DNA from: Octopus vulgaris
Lineage: Eukaryota
Assembly: GCA_951406725.2 (NCBI GenBank)
Contig: OX597843.1
Location: forward strand, 3,348,001 to 3,412,000
DNA: 64,000 nucleotides
Reading direction: 5' to 3'
Part shown: piece by piece, positions 50,945-63,149 of the stretch
Layout: each line of letters starts with the position of its first letter
Position numbering within the stretch: the first letter of the stretch is position 1
Made by a program: the position numbers and the translations under genes
The notes under the pieces: model-generated
The model's input: the letters and a program-made list of their open reading frames with translations, nothing else
Told to the model about the DNA's origin: nothing
Databases searched by the model: none

Positions 50945-51464
50945 TTCCGAATAAATTGTCTGATTCCTAGTTTTTCTGCTTAAATCCACAGCCATAAACC
51001 TGTGTATTTATCATTTCAGATCGGTCCCAAGTGGAAGACCAATCCACAAGTACAATACGTATGGATCGTCGATGGAACGTACCTTCGAATGCGGCCATAC
51101 GGCTTGTAAAGAACGTGGATGGGAACTCAATCGGTGCCGTTTGTGTAAGAATCCAACTGTGAAGAAAAAGATTGTTGTTGGACGTTAACCCAGCCCTTCT
51201 TTGTCTGCTTTTCAGTTTGCCCCATCTTACCATGACCACCCCTAATCGCACACATATACCAACATATACTTATAGACATCCGACCTACCAGAATTTGAAC
51301 CCTCACCCACCATATTCTTGGTTGGTTTTTATCAACAAACTGGACAAATGTGAAAATGCACAAACAACAACATCAGCCACAATAAAACATTGAAACACAA
51401 TTTTTATTCATTTTTTTTTTACTCACACAGACATATGTATATATATATGTATCTATATTTTTTG

Positions 51465-52545
51465 TTGTTTCAGTCATTTGATTGCAGCTATGCTGGAGCA
51501 GCGCCTTGAATTCTTAGTCGAATGAATCGGCCTCAGTACCTAAGTCTGGTACGTCCGTCGCTCATATATATATATAATGGGCTTCTACCAGTTTCCATCT
51601 ACCAAATCCACTTACAAGCTTTTGGTCAGCTATGAGGCTATAGTAGAAGACACTTGCCCAAGGTGCCATGCAGTGGGACTGAACCCAGAACCATGCGGTT
51701 ATGTGATTGGAACCGAGTTTCTTACCACACAGCCATGCCTATGCCTGTATATATCATCATCATCATCATCATCATTTAACGTCCGCTTTCCATGCTGGCA
51801 TGGGTTGGACGGTTCAACTGGGGTCTGGGAAGCCAGAAGGCTACACCAGGCCCAGTCTGATCTGGCAGTGTTTTCTACAGCTAGAAGCCCTTCGTAACGC
51901 CAACCACTCCATGAGTGTAGTGGGTGCTTTTTACGTGGCATCGACACAGGTGTCAGACGAGGCTAGCAAACGGATGGTGCTTTTTACGTGTCACTGGCAC
52001 GGGGGCCAGACAAGGCTGGCAACAGCCACAATTGGATGGTTCCCTCATGTGCCGCCGGCACTGGTATCACAGCTACAATTTCCATTAATGGTCGTCGATT
52101 TCAATTTTGATTTTCACTTGCCTCAACAGGTCTTCACAAGTAGGGTTTGTGTCACCAGAGTATATATATATATATAATGTCATTATTGCTCATAGGGGAC
52201 AAACGAGGACAGACAAAGGGATTACTTGGACCCCAGTGCGTAACTGGTACTTATTTAATCGACCCCCAAAAGGATGAAAGGCAAAGTCAACCTCAGCGCA
52301 ATTTAAATTCAGAACGTAACAGCAGACGAAATGCCGCTAAGCATTTTGCCCAGCATGCTAATGTTTCTGCCAGCTCGCCTTATATATATCATCATTTAAC
52401 GTCCATTGTACATGCTGACATTGGACGGACAGTTTAACTGGGCTGGCACGCTGTCCCAGGATCTAGTCTGATTTGGTTTTTCTATGGCTGGATGACCTTC
52501 CTAATACCAACCACCCCGAGTGTGTAATGGATGCTTTTACGTGAC
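51465..52545 (-). mobile_element. Cluster of SINE fragments of three families
   Basis: Reverse complements of the SINE head/tail, (CAT)n-tail and Deu-like motifs. Confidence 0.75.
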
Positions 52546-52599
52546 ACTGGTATCTGCCATGACTGTCATTTTGCTCGGCTTGGTCATTGCCCTCTGTAA

Positions 52600-53100
52600 G
52601 GTCCAACACTTGGAGGGAGCTCAGCCACTTTGCTTCCATGAGGCCCAATACTCAAACACCTCCGTGAGACTCATTGGAAAGGAACTCAGCAACCTTGCCT
52701 CCGTGAGGCCCAGCACTCGAAAGGAACTCAGTCACCTTGCCTTCGTGAGGCCCGTTGGAAAGGAACTGTCACCTCACCTCCGTGAGACCCATTGCAAAGG
52801 AACTCAACCACCTCGCCTCCATGAGACCCGTTGGAAAGGAACTCGGCCACCTCGCCTCCATGAGACCCATTGGAAAGGAACTCAACCACCTCGCCTCTGT
52901 GAGACCCGTTCGATAGGAACTCAGTCACCTTGCCTCTGTGAGACCCATTGGAAAGGAACTCAGTCACCTCGCCTCCGTGAGGCCCAGCACTTGAAAGGAC
53001 CTCAGCCACTTTGCCTCCGTGGGACCCAGCACTCGAAAGGATCTTTGCCTCCGTGAGGCCCTGCACTTAAAAGGACCTCAGCCACTTTGCCTCTATGAAG
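52600..53100. repeat. ~39-bp minisatellite
   Basis: cctccgtgagacccattggaaaggaactcagtcacctcg variants, giving a 13-aa periodicity in ORF 52520-53056. Confidence 0.85.
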
Positions 53101-53364
53101 CTCGGGAGCTTGGCCACATGTACCTTCACATTGACATTTTTGTATTATGGTTGATGTATAACTGAAAACTCCAAAACTGGACAAGAAACTTAATGAATCG
53201 TTAAAACTTTTACTTTTGCCTTATATACATGTCAGGCTGTAGTGTTGTCAGTGTAAGGAACCAAAAGCACAAGTATCATTAAAATACATCCTTAGTGTGG
53301 GTCCTCTTGTCTTTTGGCGGTTGTGGGCTGTCCTGTTTTTGTCAGAATTTCATGGAGAAATCCA

Positions 53365-53680
53365 TTAAAGAGTGATACTGGAATGGACATGGCCAATCTG
53401 AAAGAAGCGGCCCAGGATAGAACTGACTGGAGGACACTGATCCAACGAGTGACCGAGAGGCGACTTCGACTGAGTGAATATATATATATATATATATACA
53501 TACAGAATGGTCAGTGGCAAGAGAGGAAGAGGCCGACCAAGAACCTGCTGGCTTGACACCATCAAGAGTGATACTGGAATGGACATGGCCAATCTGAAAG
53601 AAGCAGCCCAGGATAGAACTGACTGGAGGACACTGATCCAACGAGTAACTGAGAGTCGACTTCGACTGAGCGGTTAGAGA
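53365..53680 (+). mobile_element. Duplicated RTE-type LINE 3' end
   Basis: MVSGKRGRGRPRTCWLDTIKSDTGMDMANLKEAAQDRTDWRTLIQRVTESRLRLSG*; its second half is duplicated upstream. Confidence 0.85.
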
Positions 53681-53785
53681 GAGAATGGAGAAAACCTTTG
53701 ACAAACTCTAACGAGAGAATATCTTTGTATTTTGGTGAAAAGGCACAAAACATGTATCCACTGTTTAAATCTGGAAATGGTGAGT

Positions 53786-54364
53786 TTAACCCCTTTTGAT
53801 ACCAACCCGGCTCTGGCTCTGTAATACAAATGTCTTGTTTTCTTAAGTTTTGAATTAAGATCTTCCACCAAACCTTAGTCACAATTTATGTTCCTAACAC
53901 TAGCTTAATGATAACGAAGTTATTTTACTAAATTCTTTGTTATATTTAAAATTAATTCAAAGAAACACAGAGCATCTCAGCAGAAATATGGTAACAAAAG
54001 GGTTAAGATATATAATAGAGAAACAATTCTTAACCCTTTTGATACCAACCTGGTTGAAACCACTTCTGGCTCTGTAGTACAAATGTCTTGTTTACATAAG
54101 TTTTGAATTAAAATCTTCCACCAAACCTTAGTCACAATTTATGTTCCTAACACTAGCTGAATGATAACGAAGTTATTTTACTAAATTCTTTGTTATATTT
54201 AAAATTAATTCAAAGAAACACAGAGCATCTCAGCAGAAATATGGTGACAAAAGGGTTAAGATATATAATAGAGAAACAATTCTTAACCCTTTTTATACCA
54301 ACCTGGTTGAAACCACTTCTGGCTCTGTAGTACAAATGTCTTGTTTTCATAAGTTCTGAATTAA
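53786..54364. mobile_element. Tandem piggyBac-like MITEs (~220 bp, 2.3 copies)
   Basis: TTAA-ccctttt...aaaggg-TTAA at 53786-54006 and 54030-54259; the third copy is truncated. Confidence 0.85.
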
Positions 54365-56395
54365 ACACCGGAAGAATTATCCTAGTCCCAAGTGCGGCAT
54401 GTGCTTCCTAAAGCTGCCACTCTTTGTCGACAGAACTATTGTAGCAATACAATATGCAGTCCGCAAAGAAGGACTCGATATAGAGATAGTGCTCATCGGC
54501 CCTTCCCTGATTAAAGCTCTGTCCAAGAACACCTCTCACTACTCCGATGAGTGCACATTGTCAAACTGCCCCATTAATGACGCTGAATTGTGCCAGAGGA
54601 CCTATGGTCCTTTCTATAAGATTTCTTGGCTCCTCTCTAAACCACTCAAGCCCTTGCTACACGCATTCCCAGAACACATCAGCAGCTCCCACGATATCTT
54701 TGAGGATATTGGCCCCTCCACACTTAAAACTAACAAATACCCTTTTAGCTTAGATATCGTTTCCCTCTACACCCACTCTCCCAGCCGTTGGTATCCTCAT
54801 AGATAAGGCGGCGAGCTGGCAGAAACGTTAGCACACCGGGCGAAACGCTTAGCGGTGTTTTGTCTATCTTTACGTTCTGAGTTCAAATTCCGCCAAGGTC
54901 GACTTTGCCTTTCATTGTTTCGGAGTCGATTAAATAAGTACCTATTTCTTTATTACCCACAAAGGGCTAAACATAGAGGGGACAAAACAAGGACAGACAT
55001 AGGTATTATGTCAATTACATCGACCCCCAGATCTTGACTGGTGCTTACTTGATTTATCGACCCCGAAAGGATGAAAGGCAAAGTCGACCTTGGCGGAATT
55101 TGAACTCACAACGTAACGGCAGACGAAGTACCGCAAAGCATTTCGCCCGGTGTGCTAACGCTTCTGCTAGCTCGCCGCCTTATAAGTACCAGTTACGCAC
55201 TGGGGTCGATATAATCGACTTAATCTGTTTGTTTGTCCTCTGCAGGTAGTAAAGAAATAGGTATCCTCATAGACTACATCATGTCCTTATCTCCCCCACA
55301 TCTCCTTGTCCCCACCTCCCTTCCTTCAACCTCCTCTCCCCATCCACCAACCTCTAGCTCTTCGGTCTCACACCCTCGGACATACAAGAGTTACTGCCCA
55401 TTATAGTTGGTAACACCTACTTCCAATATAACTGTGATTTACAAACACTCCCGACCAGCCTACCTCTAGGATCCAGCCTTTCAGGCCTGCTGGCCATCAC
55501 GTACATGGATAAGCTAGAACGCACAGTACTCAATACCTGCCACTCATGCATCTTCTCCAGGTACGTTTGTATCATCCGTTCCTCCAGGGATTGGGCCATT
55601 AACATACACTGGACCTTTAATAACACTGACATAAACATCAAATTCGAGATTGAACATCCAGACGAATCCGAAACCCTGTCTCTACTCAACTTCCAAATCA
55701 AGATCGCAGTGGAAGGCTCCATATTTACCAAATTCTACAGAAAAGCCGCTGCCAATAGAAAACTTATCGTCCACTACCAATCAGCCTTACTCACCCCAGA
55801 ACCAAAGCCACATACCTGAGAAACGAGATTGCACATAAACTACAATTGCAGGACATGACCGACAAAGCTGTCAACCCCAAACAGTTCCTCAGAGACCTAA
55901 TCCTGAATGGATAACCACCATCTATAGCTAAACAACGTCTAGGTCAATAAACGCCGGAAGAATTATCCTAGTGCCAAGTCTGGCATGTGCTTCCTAAAGC
56001 TACCACACTTTGAGGACAGAACCATTGTAGTGATACAACACGCAGGCCGCAGAGAAGGACTCGACATAGAGATAGTGCTCATTGGCCCTTCCCTGATTAA
56101 AGCTCTGTCCAAGAACACCTCTCACTACGCCGATGAGTACACATTGTCAAACTGCCCCATCAATGACCCTGAATTGTGCCAGAGGACCCATGTTGTATAT
56201 GAGATCATCTGTGGCAAAAGTGACACACCCTAGATTGGAAGCACGACAAGGAAACTGCATATACGCATTAAGGAACACAAGCAGGCAGACACTTCTATGA
56301 AGAAACATCTACAGCAATGCCAGACCCGGGAGTTCACATCAAGGCAACACAGCAGAACAGAGGCAACCTTAGAATGTCTGAAGCATTGAATACAA
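54363..56395 (+). mobile_element. Decayed Penelope-like element (RT + GIY-YIG), interrupted by nested SINEs at ~54806-55260
   Basis: FSLDIVSLYT, LGSSLSGLLAITYMDKLE, NIKFEIEHP...LSLLNFQI...TKFYRK (PLE RT); VVYEIICGKSDTP*IGSTTRKLHIRIKEH (GIY-YIG). gtatcctcataga is duplicated at 54791 and 55261 around the SINE insertion. Confidence 0.88.
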
Positions 56396-56559
56396 GGTAA
56401 GTCGATATTAACCCGCATATTTGTTTCCTTGTGATTTACTTTGCATTGTTTTGGCCTTACCCACGATCCTTTATACAATATCTTCTACACAATACTTCAT
56501 AGTAATTATTCCATACACATATATATAGATTTATTCTTAAAGCTGGCTGTGGTAATTAT

Positions 56560-57420
56560 CTCTATATATATATATAAAGCTGAAGTTGTCTGTGTGTGGT
56601 AGCCTTCAACTAACACTATCTCCTCCGAGACCCTATGGCGCAAGTTGACCAAAATTGAGAGTATGATAGAAGAAGGCTTGCTCTTCCATCCGTAGAAGAA
56701 AAAATTCAAATCGGACCATGTTAACACCAGAAATTATTTACATCAGAAAGGTGCTTATTTTTTTTCTATGAAAATCCCTATTTTTACGATTTCTAAAGCT
56801 GAAGTTGTCTGTGTATGGTAGGTTTGGTAGCCTTCAACTAACACTATCTCCTCCGAGACCCTGCGGTGCAAGTTAACCAAAATTGAGAGAGTATGATAGA
56901 AGAAGGCTTGCTCTTCCATCCGTAGAAGAAAAAATTCAAATCGGACCATGTTAACACCAGAAATTATTTACATCAGAAAGGTGCTTATTTTTTTTTCTAT
57001 GAAAATCCCTATTTTTTACGATTTCTAAAGCTGAAGTTGTCTGTGTATGGTAGGTTTGGTAGCCTTCAACTAACACTATCTCCTCCGAGACCCTGCGGCG
57101 CAAGTTGACCAAAATTGAGAGTATGATAGAAGAAGGCTTGCTCTTCCATCCGTAGAAGAAAAAATTCAAATCGGACCATGTTAACACCAGAAAGGTGCTT
57201 ATTTTTTTTTCTATGAAAATCCCTATTTTTTACGATTTCTAAAGCTGAAGTTGTCTGTGTATGGTAGCCTTCAACTAACACTATCTCCTCCGAGACCCTG
57301 CGGTGCAAGTTGACCAAAATTGAGAGTATGATAGAAGAAGGCTTGCTCTTCCATCCGTAGAAAAAAAAAATTCAAATTGGACCATATTAACACCAAAAAT
57401 TATTTACATCAAAAAGGTGC
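56560..57420 (+). repeat. Four tandem copies (~215-235 bp) of a probable non-autonomous Helitron 5' end
   Basis: Begins tctatatatatatataaagctgaagttgtctgtg; aaagctgaagttgtctgtg recurs at ~56576, 56795, 57027 and 57241. Confidence 0.7.
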
Positions 57421-58574
57421 TTCTGGAAGATGGTTGAGCTAAATGTTAATTTGCAGGTGTCAGTTTAACTTTTACTTCAAATCAATTCAGATTAGTTAAT
57501 TTAATTTGTGAATCATCATTATTATCCTGATCATGTGTAAAAGATTCGAGCGAGGTCACGGTGGCCCGTGTCGGTGGTACGTAAAAGCACCCACTACACT
57601 CTCGGACTGGTTGGCGTTAGGAAGGGCATCCAGCCGTTGACCCTCTGCTAGATCAAGATTGAAGCCTGGTGCAGCCATCTGGTTCGCCAGCCCTCAGTCA
57701 TACGTCCAACCCATGCTAGCATGGAAAGCGGACATTAAACGATGATGATCAATGCCTTAATGTCCATTCTTCATTCTGCTGTTATAGGTTTTTGACATAT
57801 CTTATGTCATATATTTTCTCTTCTCAACTGCAAATTCCAGAAACTTTTGTTCTGGTCTCACCACTTATCGTGAACTAGCAGTGCCGGGTCATAGTGCTAG
57901 TGCATGCATATACAGCTGCGTGCGTGTGCACATACATGCGAGTACTGTCCAAATCTCTGACCAATCACTTACAGCTAGCTGGCATTCAATTGGGGTATAA
58001 AGTTTCAGGCATTTTGATATAGAAAATTCCACTTCTATTGATTTTTTAATGGCTTTGCGGGGAGACTGGGGAAATGTAAAGATGTGCATGACCATCCTTG
58101 GGCAGTTTTCAATGACCATAGAAAGTGCGAGCCCTCTAACTGAAAAATTGTGGATTTGTATAAAGGATATACACACACACAGACAAGACATTTTGCTGCT
58201 TATATATAGAGAGATATTCTTAACCATCCATCTTCTCTGCTCACTCTTCACGAGAGGGTTATAGGCTTAGAGTTCTCAGGTGCCTCCTTCATATCAGAAG
58301 CAACCGTCATTAGATTTTTCCAAGCGGATTCCAGAGCATCACCAATAGAGATTATAGATAGTATCCAGCTATCTCATTCTTAATGTACCTCTAAGTCTAC
58401 TGCCGCTTGGCTTGGCTTGAAGAATCCATCTTGTGACATTCTAATCACGTCTGTGGTACCAGAGCTGTGACCTCTCAATGTGGATAGACGGTGGTTTGCC
58501 TAAACTCCACACCCTACAGAGTGGCGTTACTCCAGAGGAGGGAACGCCATTTAAGCTGCTTGTGTTTTTCAGCC

Positions 58575-60295
58575 ATTACTCTTTTACTTGTTTCAGTCAT
58601 GCTGGAGCACCGCCTTCAGTCGAGCAACTCGACTCCCAGTAATTTATTTTTTTAAAGCCTAGTACTTATCCTATCGGTCTCTTTTGCCAAACCACTAAGT
58701 TACAGGGACGCAAACACACCAGTATCGGTTGTCAAGCGATGTTGGGTTGGGGGACAAACATATACACACACATATATGACAGGCTTCTTTCAGTTTCCGC
58801 CTACCAAATCCACTCACAATGCTTTGGTCGGCCTGAGGCTATAGTAGACACTTGCCTAAGGTGTCAAACAGAACCCGGAACCATGTGGTTGGTAAACAAG
58901 CTACTTACCACACAGCCACTCCTGCGCCTACTTTAGGGCAGTGTTTCTCAACCTTTTTACTCTTGCGCAACCCTTAAAATATATTACATGTCTCAAGGAA
59001 CCCCCAGCACAAAAGAAATTATATACTATATCTTTCTCATCGTAGTTCATGTGGTAAATATATAAAGGTAACTACATGTGGATCGTTGGCCAATTTTTTT
59101 TCTCCCTCTGCCTTCCTTTTTCTCTTAGACTTGCCTCTGACTTCTCTTTCTGAAGAAAAGCTTTGCTCAAAATGTAAAACTACCTTTCTTTCCTTCCCTG
59201 AGCATCTGTTAATACTTGAAATGTACCATGTCCTTGCATTGTTATTTGATTTACTATACATGCTTGTATCACAGGCAAGGGTGCCCTTTTGTGTGCCTTT
59301 TACATCACCAGCACAGGTGTCCCCCCTACATGGCACTGGCCATAACTTAAGCATCAGACAAAATGCTTAGCAACATCTTGAGTTCAAATCCCAACACAGT
59401 GAACTTTACTTTTCATACATCCTTTCAGGGTCAATAAAACAAAATACCAGTCATACTGTGGGGTCGATGTAACTGATCTGCCCACTCCCTGCAAAACTGC
59501 TGACCTTGAACTCTGCAATAAGATCAGTGTCCTGTTTAGGGCAGTTGTTGGTGGGGTCTCAGTCACTTACCTGTCATGGAAACTGAGGAACTGGCTTTAG
59601 GGGTCAGACAGCTGGGTGAGGAGCACCAAATCTTTTCTTTTACAAGTTTCTGTCATTACACTGTGGCCATGCTGGAGCACTGCCTTAAATAGACCCCAGT
59701 ATTTTATTTTTTTAAAGCCTAGTACTTAGTCTATTGGTCTCTTTTGCTGAACTAAGTTACGAGGGCGTAAACAAACCAATACTGGTTGTCAAGCAGTGGT
59801 GGGACAGACAGACACACACACATACATACATTCAACGGAGGTAGAATCAACAAAAAATATGCCCCATCTAGTGAGAGATAAATATCATACAGGTAGGGCT
59901 TGGAGAGGATAAAAAAAAGGTAAACAAGGCGCAGCTGTGTGGTAAGTAGCTTGCTAACCAACCACATGGTTCCGGGTTCAGTCCCACTGCGTGGCATCTT
60001 GGGCAAGTGTCTTCTGCTATAGCCCTGGGCCGACCAATGCCTTGTGAGTGGATTTGGTAGACGGAAACTGAAAGAATCCTATCACATATATATGTGTTTG
60101 TCCCCCTAGCATTGCTTGACAACCGATGCTGGTGTGTGTTTATGTCCCCGTCACTTAGTGGTTCGGCAAAAGAGACCGATAGAATAAGTATTGGGCTTAC
60201 AAAGAATAAGTCCTGGGGTCGATTTGCTCGACTAAAAAAAAGGCGGTGCTCCAGCATGGCCACAGTCAAATGACCGAAACAAGTAAAAGAGAGTA
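58575..60295. mobile_element. SINE copies (58575-58930 minus, 59640-59830 minus, 59927-60295 plus)
   Basis: Match to the main SINE family. Confidence 0.8.
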
Positions 60296-60732
60296 AAACA
60301 TAAAAAAGAAAAAAAAAAATACAGGGAAACAGGTAATATTTTAAAATTGAGTTTTTATACTTTTTAAAAATGGTATGACAATTAGAATCAGTTATTTGAC
60401 AATTCCATTCGTTAAAGGAATTATTAATTGGGGGCGTGTTAATTCCAATACGTTGTTACTCTTAGTCAGAAATTCCTCAGAGAGAGAGAGAGAGAGATGT
60501 ATGTATACAAGAAAATAGAAAAAAACAATCCAGTTTTGATAGCACTTACGACACATTATTTCATCTTAAAACATGAAATAAAAATGGTAAAAAGGTAATT
60601 AATGACTAAAATAAATAAAAATTAATCAAATAAATAAATTTTTTGCTTTGTTTGTTTATGTTATTTTGTTTTTGATATTTATGTATTTTTTCTTTTCTTT
60701 CTTTTTTTTTTTTTTGTAATTTATCAGATCAG

Positions 60733-62286
60733 TCAAGATGTAAACGATGATTTCATGATGTCATAGACGGGCGTCGTGCCGGAGATGTCGTCCTCGTCTT
60801 CCTCCTCCTCCACCTCTTCGATGTCCTCTTCTTCCTCTTCGTCGTCCTCTTCCTCTTCGCAGATTTCATTCTCTCCCTCATCACCACCATTGTTGCTGCT
60901 GCTGTTGTTGTTGTTGTTCCCGCTTTGGTGCTGCTGCAGCAATTGTTGTTGCATCTGCTGCTGCTCATCGTTGCTAAGGGATTTCGTGGTCGTCAACGAC
61001 GCCGAGGACTTGTTGTGGGTCTTGAGGTGGACGCTGAGGTTTCCGGACACGGAGAAGGTCTTCTGGCAGAAGTCGCACTTGAACGGCCGCTCCCCCGTGT
61101 GCGTGCGCAGGTGCACGTTGAGGTTGCCGTACGTGGTGAACGCCTTGCGGCACACGTCGCACTGGTAGGGTTTCTCGTCGGTGTGCGACCGCAAATGCAC
61201 AGTAAGGTTACCGGATGTCGTGAACGCCTTTGGACACAGTGAACAGCGGAAGGGCCGCTCCCCGCTGTGTGTGCGCTTATGCGCCACCAGGCTGCTCGAA
61301 GTTGTGAACGTGTCTCCGCACTGGTCACACTGATAGGGCCTCGCCCCGGTATGAATCCGCTGGTGCACGTTCAGTGCGCCAGACGTGCGGAACTGCTTCT
61401 GACAGCGCGTGCATTTGTAGGGCCGGTCCCCCGTGTGTGTTCGCTGGTGCCGTTGCAGTTTCCCGGCCTCGGCGAACGCCCGGTTGCAGAAGGTGCACTT
61501 CAACAGCCGACCCTGGGGCTGCGACTGTGAGTGCGTCTTCACGTGTTGGTCGAGCTTCACGCTGTCTGTAAACGAAGCCCCGCAGTACTCACACTTGAAA
61601 AGCCTCTCGCCCGAGTACATACACTCGTGTGACTGCAGTTCAGAGAGGTTCTTGAAGCTCTTCTCACAATTTTGGCACTGCTTGATGCCAACGCGGGGCC
61701 TGTCTCTCAACCCGGCTCTGTTTGACGTAATGTCATTGCTCGGCGGCTCAGGCGTGCTGGCCGTAGTACTACCCCCACCACCGCCAATGCTGCTGCTGTT
61801 TCCGAAGTTGTTCTCCACGTAATACTTGGGGTAGGTCATGTTGCTGTCGAGGGGCGACGGCACCCCGGAGCCACCGAGGACGTGCACAACCATGTGCTCG
61901 TTGAGTTCTTCGAAGCTGTCAAAGTTGCGATAACACATCTGGCACTTGGACGACGAAGTCGAGGTCTGTCCTGGAAGCGACCCCATTCGCTGCTGCTGTT
62001 GTTGTTGTTGATGCTGCTGAAGTTTCCCCACGTTCATACTCACGCTGTCGTTCATGCCCAGGTAAGCAGTGCTTTGGAAATTCGGAATATAATTCTTCTC
62101 CCCCCTCGTGTCCGTGCTGTGGATCAGCTGGTGGGTGGAGAACTGCTCAAAATCGGAAAATATCTGTGGACAACAACTGCAAGGATACAATGGACCGTCA
62201 CTGGAATGGCTCTTCAGGTGCTGAAGTAACAAATAATTGTATTTGAACGTTTTCTCACAGCTGGTGCACTTCAAACTTTTTCCCAT
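60733..62286 (-). CDS. C2H2 zinc-finger transcription factor, 517 aa: 10 canonical and 1 degenerate finger, polyQ and acidic tail
   Basis: Uninterrupted ORF with CxxC-x12-HxxxH repeats and TGDRPY/TGARPY/SGERPF/TDEKPY/TGERPF linkers; GC-rich codons against an AT-rich background. Confidence 0.95.
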   Translation of the reverse strand: MGKSLKCTSCEKTFKYNYLLLQHLKSHSSDGPLYPCSCCPQIFSDFEQFSTHQLIHSTDTRGEKNYIPNFQSTAYLGMNDSVSMNVGKLQQHQQQQQQQRMGSLPGQTSTSSSKCQMCYRNFDSFEELNEHMVVHVLGGSGVPSPLDSNMTYPKYYVENNFGNSSSIGGGGGSTTASTPEPPSNDITSNRAGLRDRPRVGIKQCQNCEKSFKNLSELQSHECMYSGERLFKCEYCGASFTDSVKLDQHVKTHSQSQPQGRLLKCTFCNRAFAEAGKLQRHQRTHTGDRPYKCTRCQKQFRTSGALNVHQRIHTGARPYQCDQCGDTFTTSSSLVAHKRTHSGERPFRCSLCPKAFTTSGNLTVHLRSHTDEKPYQCDVCRKAFTTYGNLNVHLRTHTGERPFKCDFCQKTFSVSGNLSVHLKTHNKSSASLTTTKSLSNDEQQQMQQQLLQQHQSGNNNNNSSSNNGGDEGENEICEEEEDDEEEEEDIEEVEEEEDEDDISGTTPVYDIMKSSFTS

Positions 62287-62440
62287 AGCTCACTTTTATT
62301 ATTATTATTATTGTTGCTGTTGTTGTTCTTCTTCTTCTGTCCTTTTCTTTCTTTGTTTCAGATTTCTTCAAACATTACACGGCTGTTTCTTTTTTTCACA
62401 GACTCCATACCAAGGAAGAGAGAAAGAAGTTGGTAAAAAC

Positions 62441-62465
62441 CTGCAAAGAGATGAAAACAAAATCA
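62441..62465 (-). promoter_or_regulatory. Probable splice acceptor upstream of the ZNF coding exon
   Basis: Minus strand gattttgttttcatctctttgcag| lies 154 nt before the ATG. Confidence 0.6.
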
Positions 62466-62574
62466 AATCTCGGTTGACAAGGTGGAAATTAAAAGAAAAG
62501 GTTAGTAATATATATTCCTTTACTACCCACAAGGGGCTAAACACAGAGGGAACAAACAAGGACAGACAAACGAA

Positions 62575-62996
62575 TTAACCCTTTCGTTACCATATTTCTG
62601 TTGAGATGCTCTGTGTTTCCTTCAATTAATTTTAAATATACCAAAGAACTTAGTTATCATTCAGCTAGTGTTAGGAACATAAATTGTGACTAAGGTTTGG
62701 TGGAAGATTTTAAATTCAGAACTTATGAAAACAAGACATTTGTACTACAGAGCCAGAGGTGATTTCAACCAGGTTGGTATCAAAAGGGTTAAGAATTGTT
62801 TCTCTATCATATATATCTTAACCCTTTCGTTACCATATTTCTGTTGAGATGTTCTGTGTTTCTTTCAATTAATTTTAAATATAACAAACAATTTAGTAAA
62901 ATAACTTAGTTATCATTAAGCTACTGTTAGGAACATAAATTGTGACAAGACATTTGTACTACAGAGTCAGAGCCGGGTTGGTAATGAAAGGGTTAA
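62575..62996. mobile_element. Tandem piggyBac-like MITE dimer, inverted relative to 53786-54259 and inserted in a SINE
   Basis: TTAA-ccctttcgttacc...aaaggg-TTAA at 62575-62792 and 62818-62996. Confidence 0.85.
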
Positions 62997-63149
62997 GTCG
63001 ATTATATCGACACCAGTACTTAATTTATTGACCCCTGAAAGGCAAAGTTGACTTCGGCGGAATTTGAACTTAGAATGGCAGACAAAATACTGCTACGCAT
63101 TTCGCCCAGCATGCCAACGTCTCTGCCAGGCACAGAAGTGGCTGTGTAG

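Larger units (their letters stand above)
46345..51188 (+). pseudogene. Fragmentary Mind-bomb (MIB2)-like ankyrin-repeat + C-terminal RING E3 ligase pseudogene; exons 46345-46407, 48172-48323, 49076-49230, 51020-51188
   Basis: Exon A: MDFDNGDIEGAENIIKKNKDE|gtaagt. Exon B: ag|INQTGSFGEMYLIAACKPGNTVVINWLIDAGTDLDTRDIFGHTALHYYVIG|gtaagt. Exon C: ag|TNPQNSDGHALL...GIDVNTVGNSGNTPLHFAVL|gtaagt. Last exon: ag|RSQVEDQSTSTIRMDRRWNV, frameshift, FECGHTACKERGWELNRCRLCKNPTVKKKIVVGR*. AATAAA at 51381. Lost cysteines, a frameshift and incompatible exon phases indicate decay. Confidence 0.8.

Noticed and set aside
60753-62229. Overlapping alternative-frame and antisense ORFs over the ZNF
   Set aside because: Expected by-products of GC-rich, low-complexity coding sequence.
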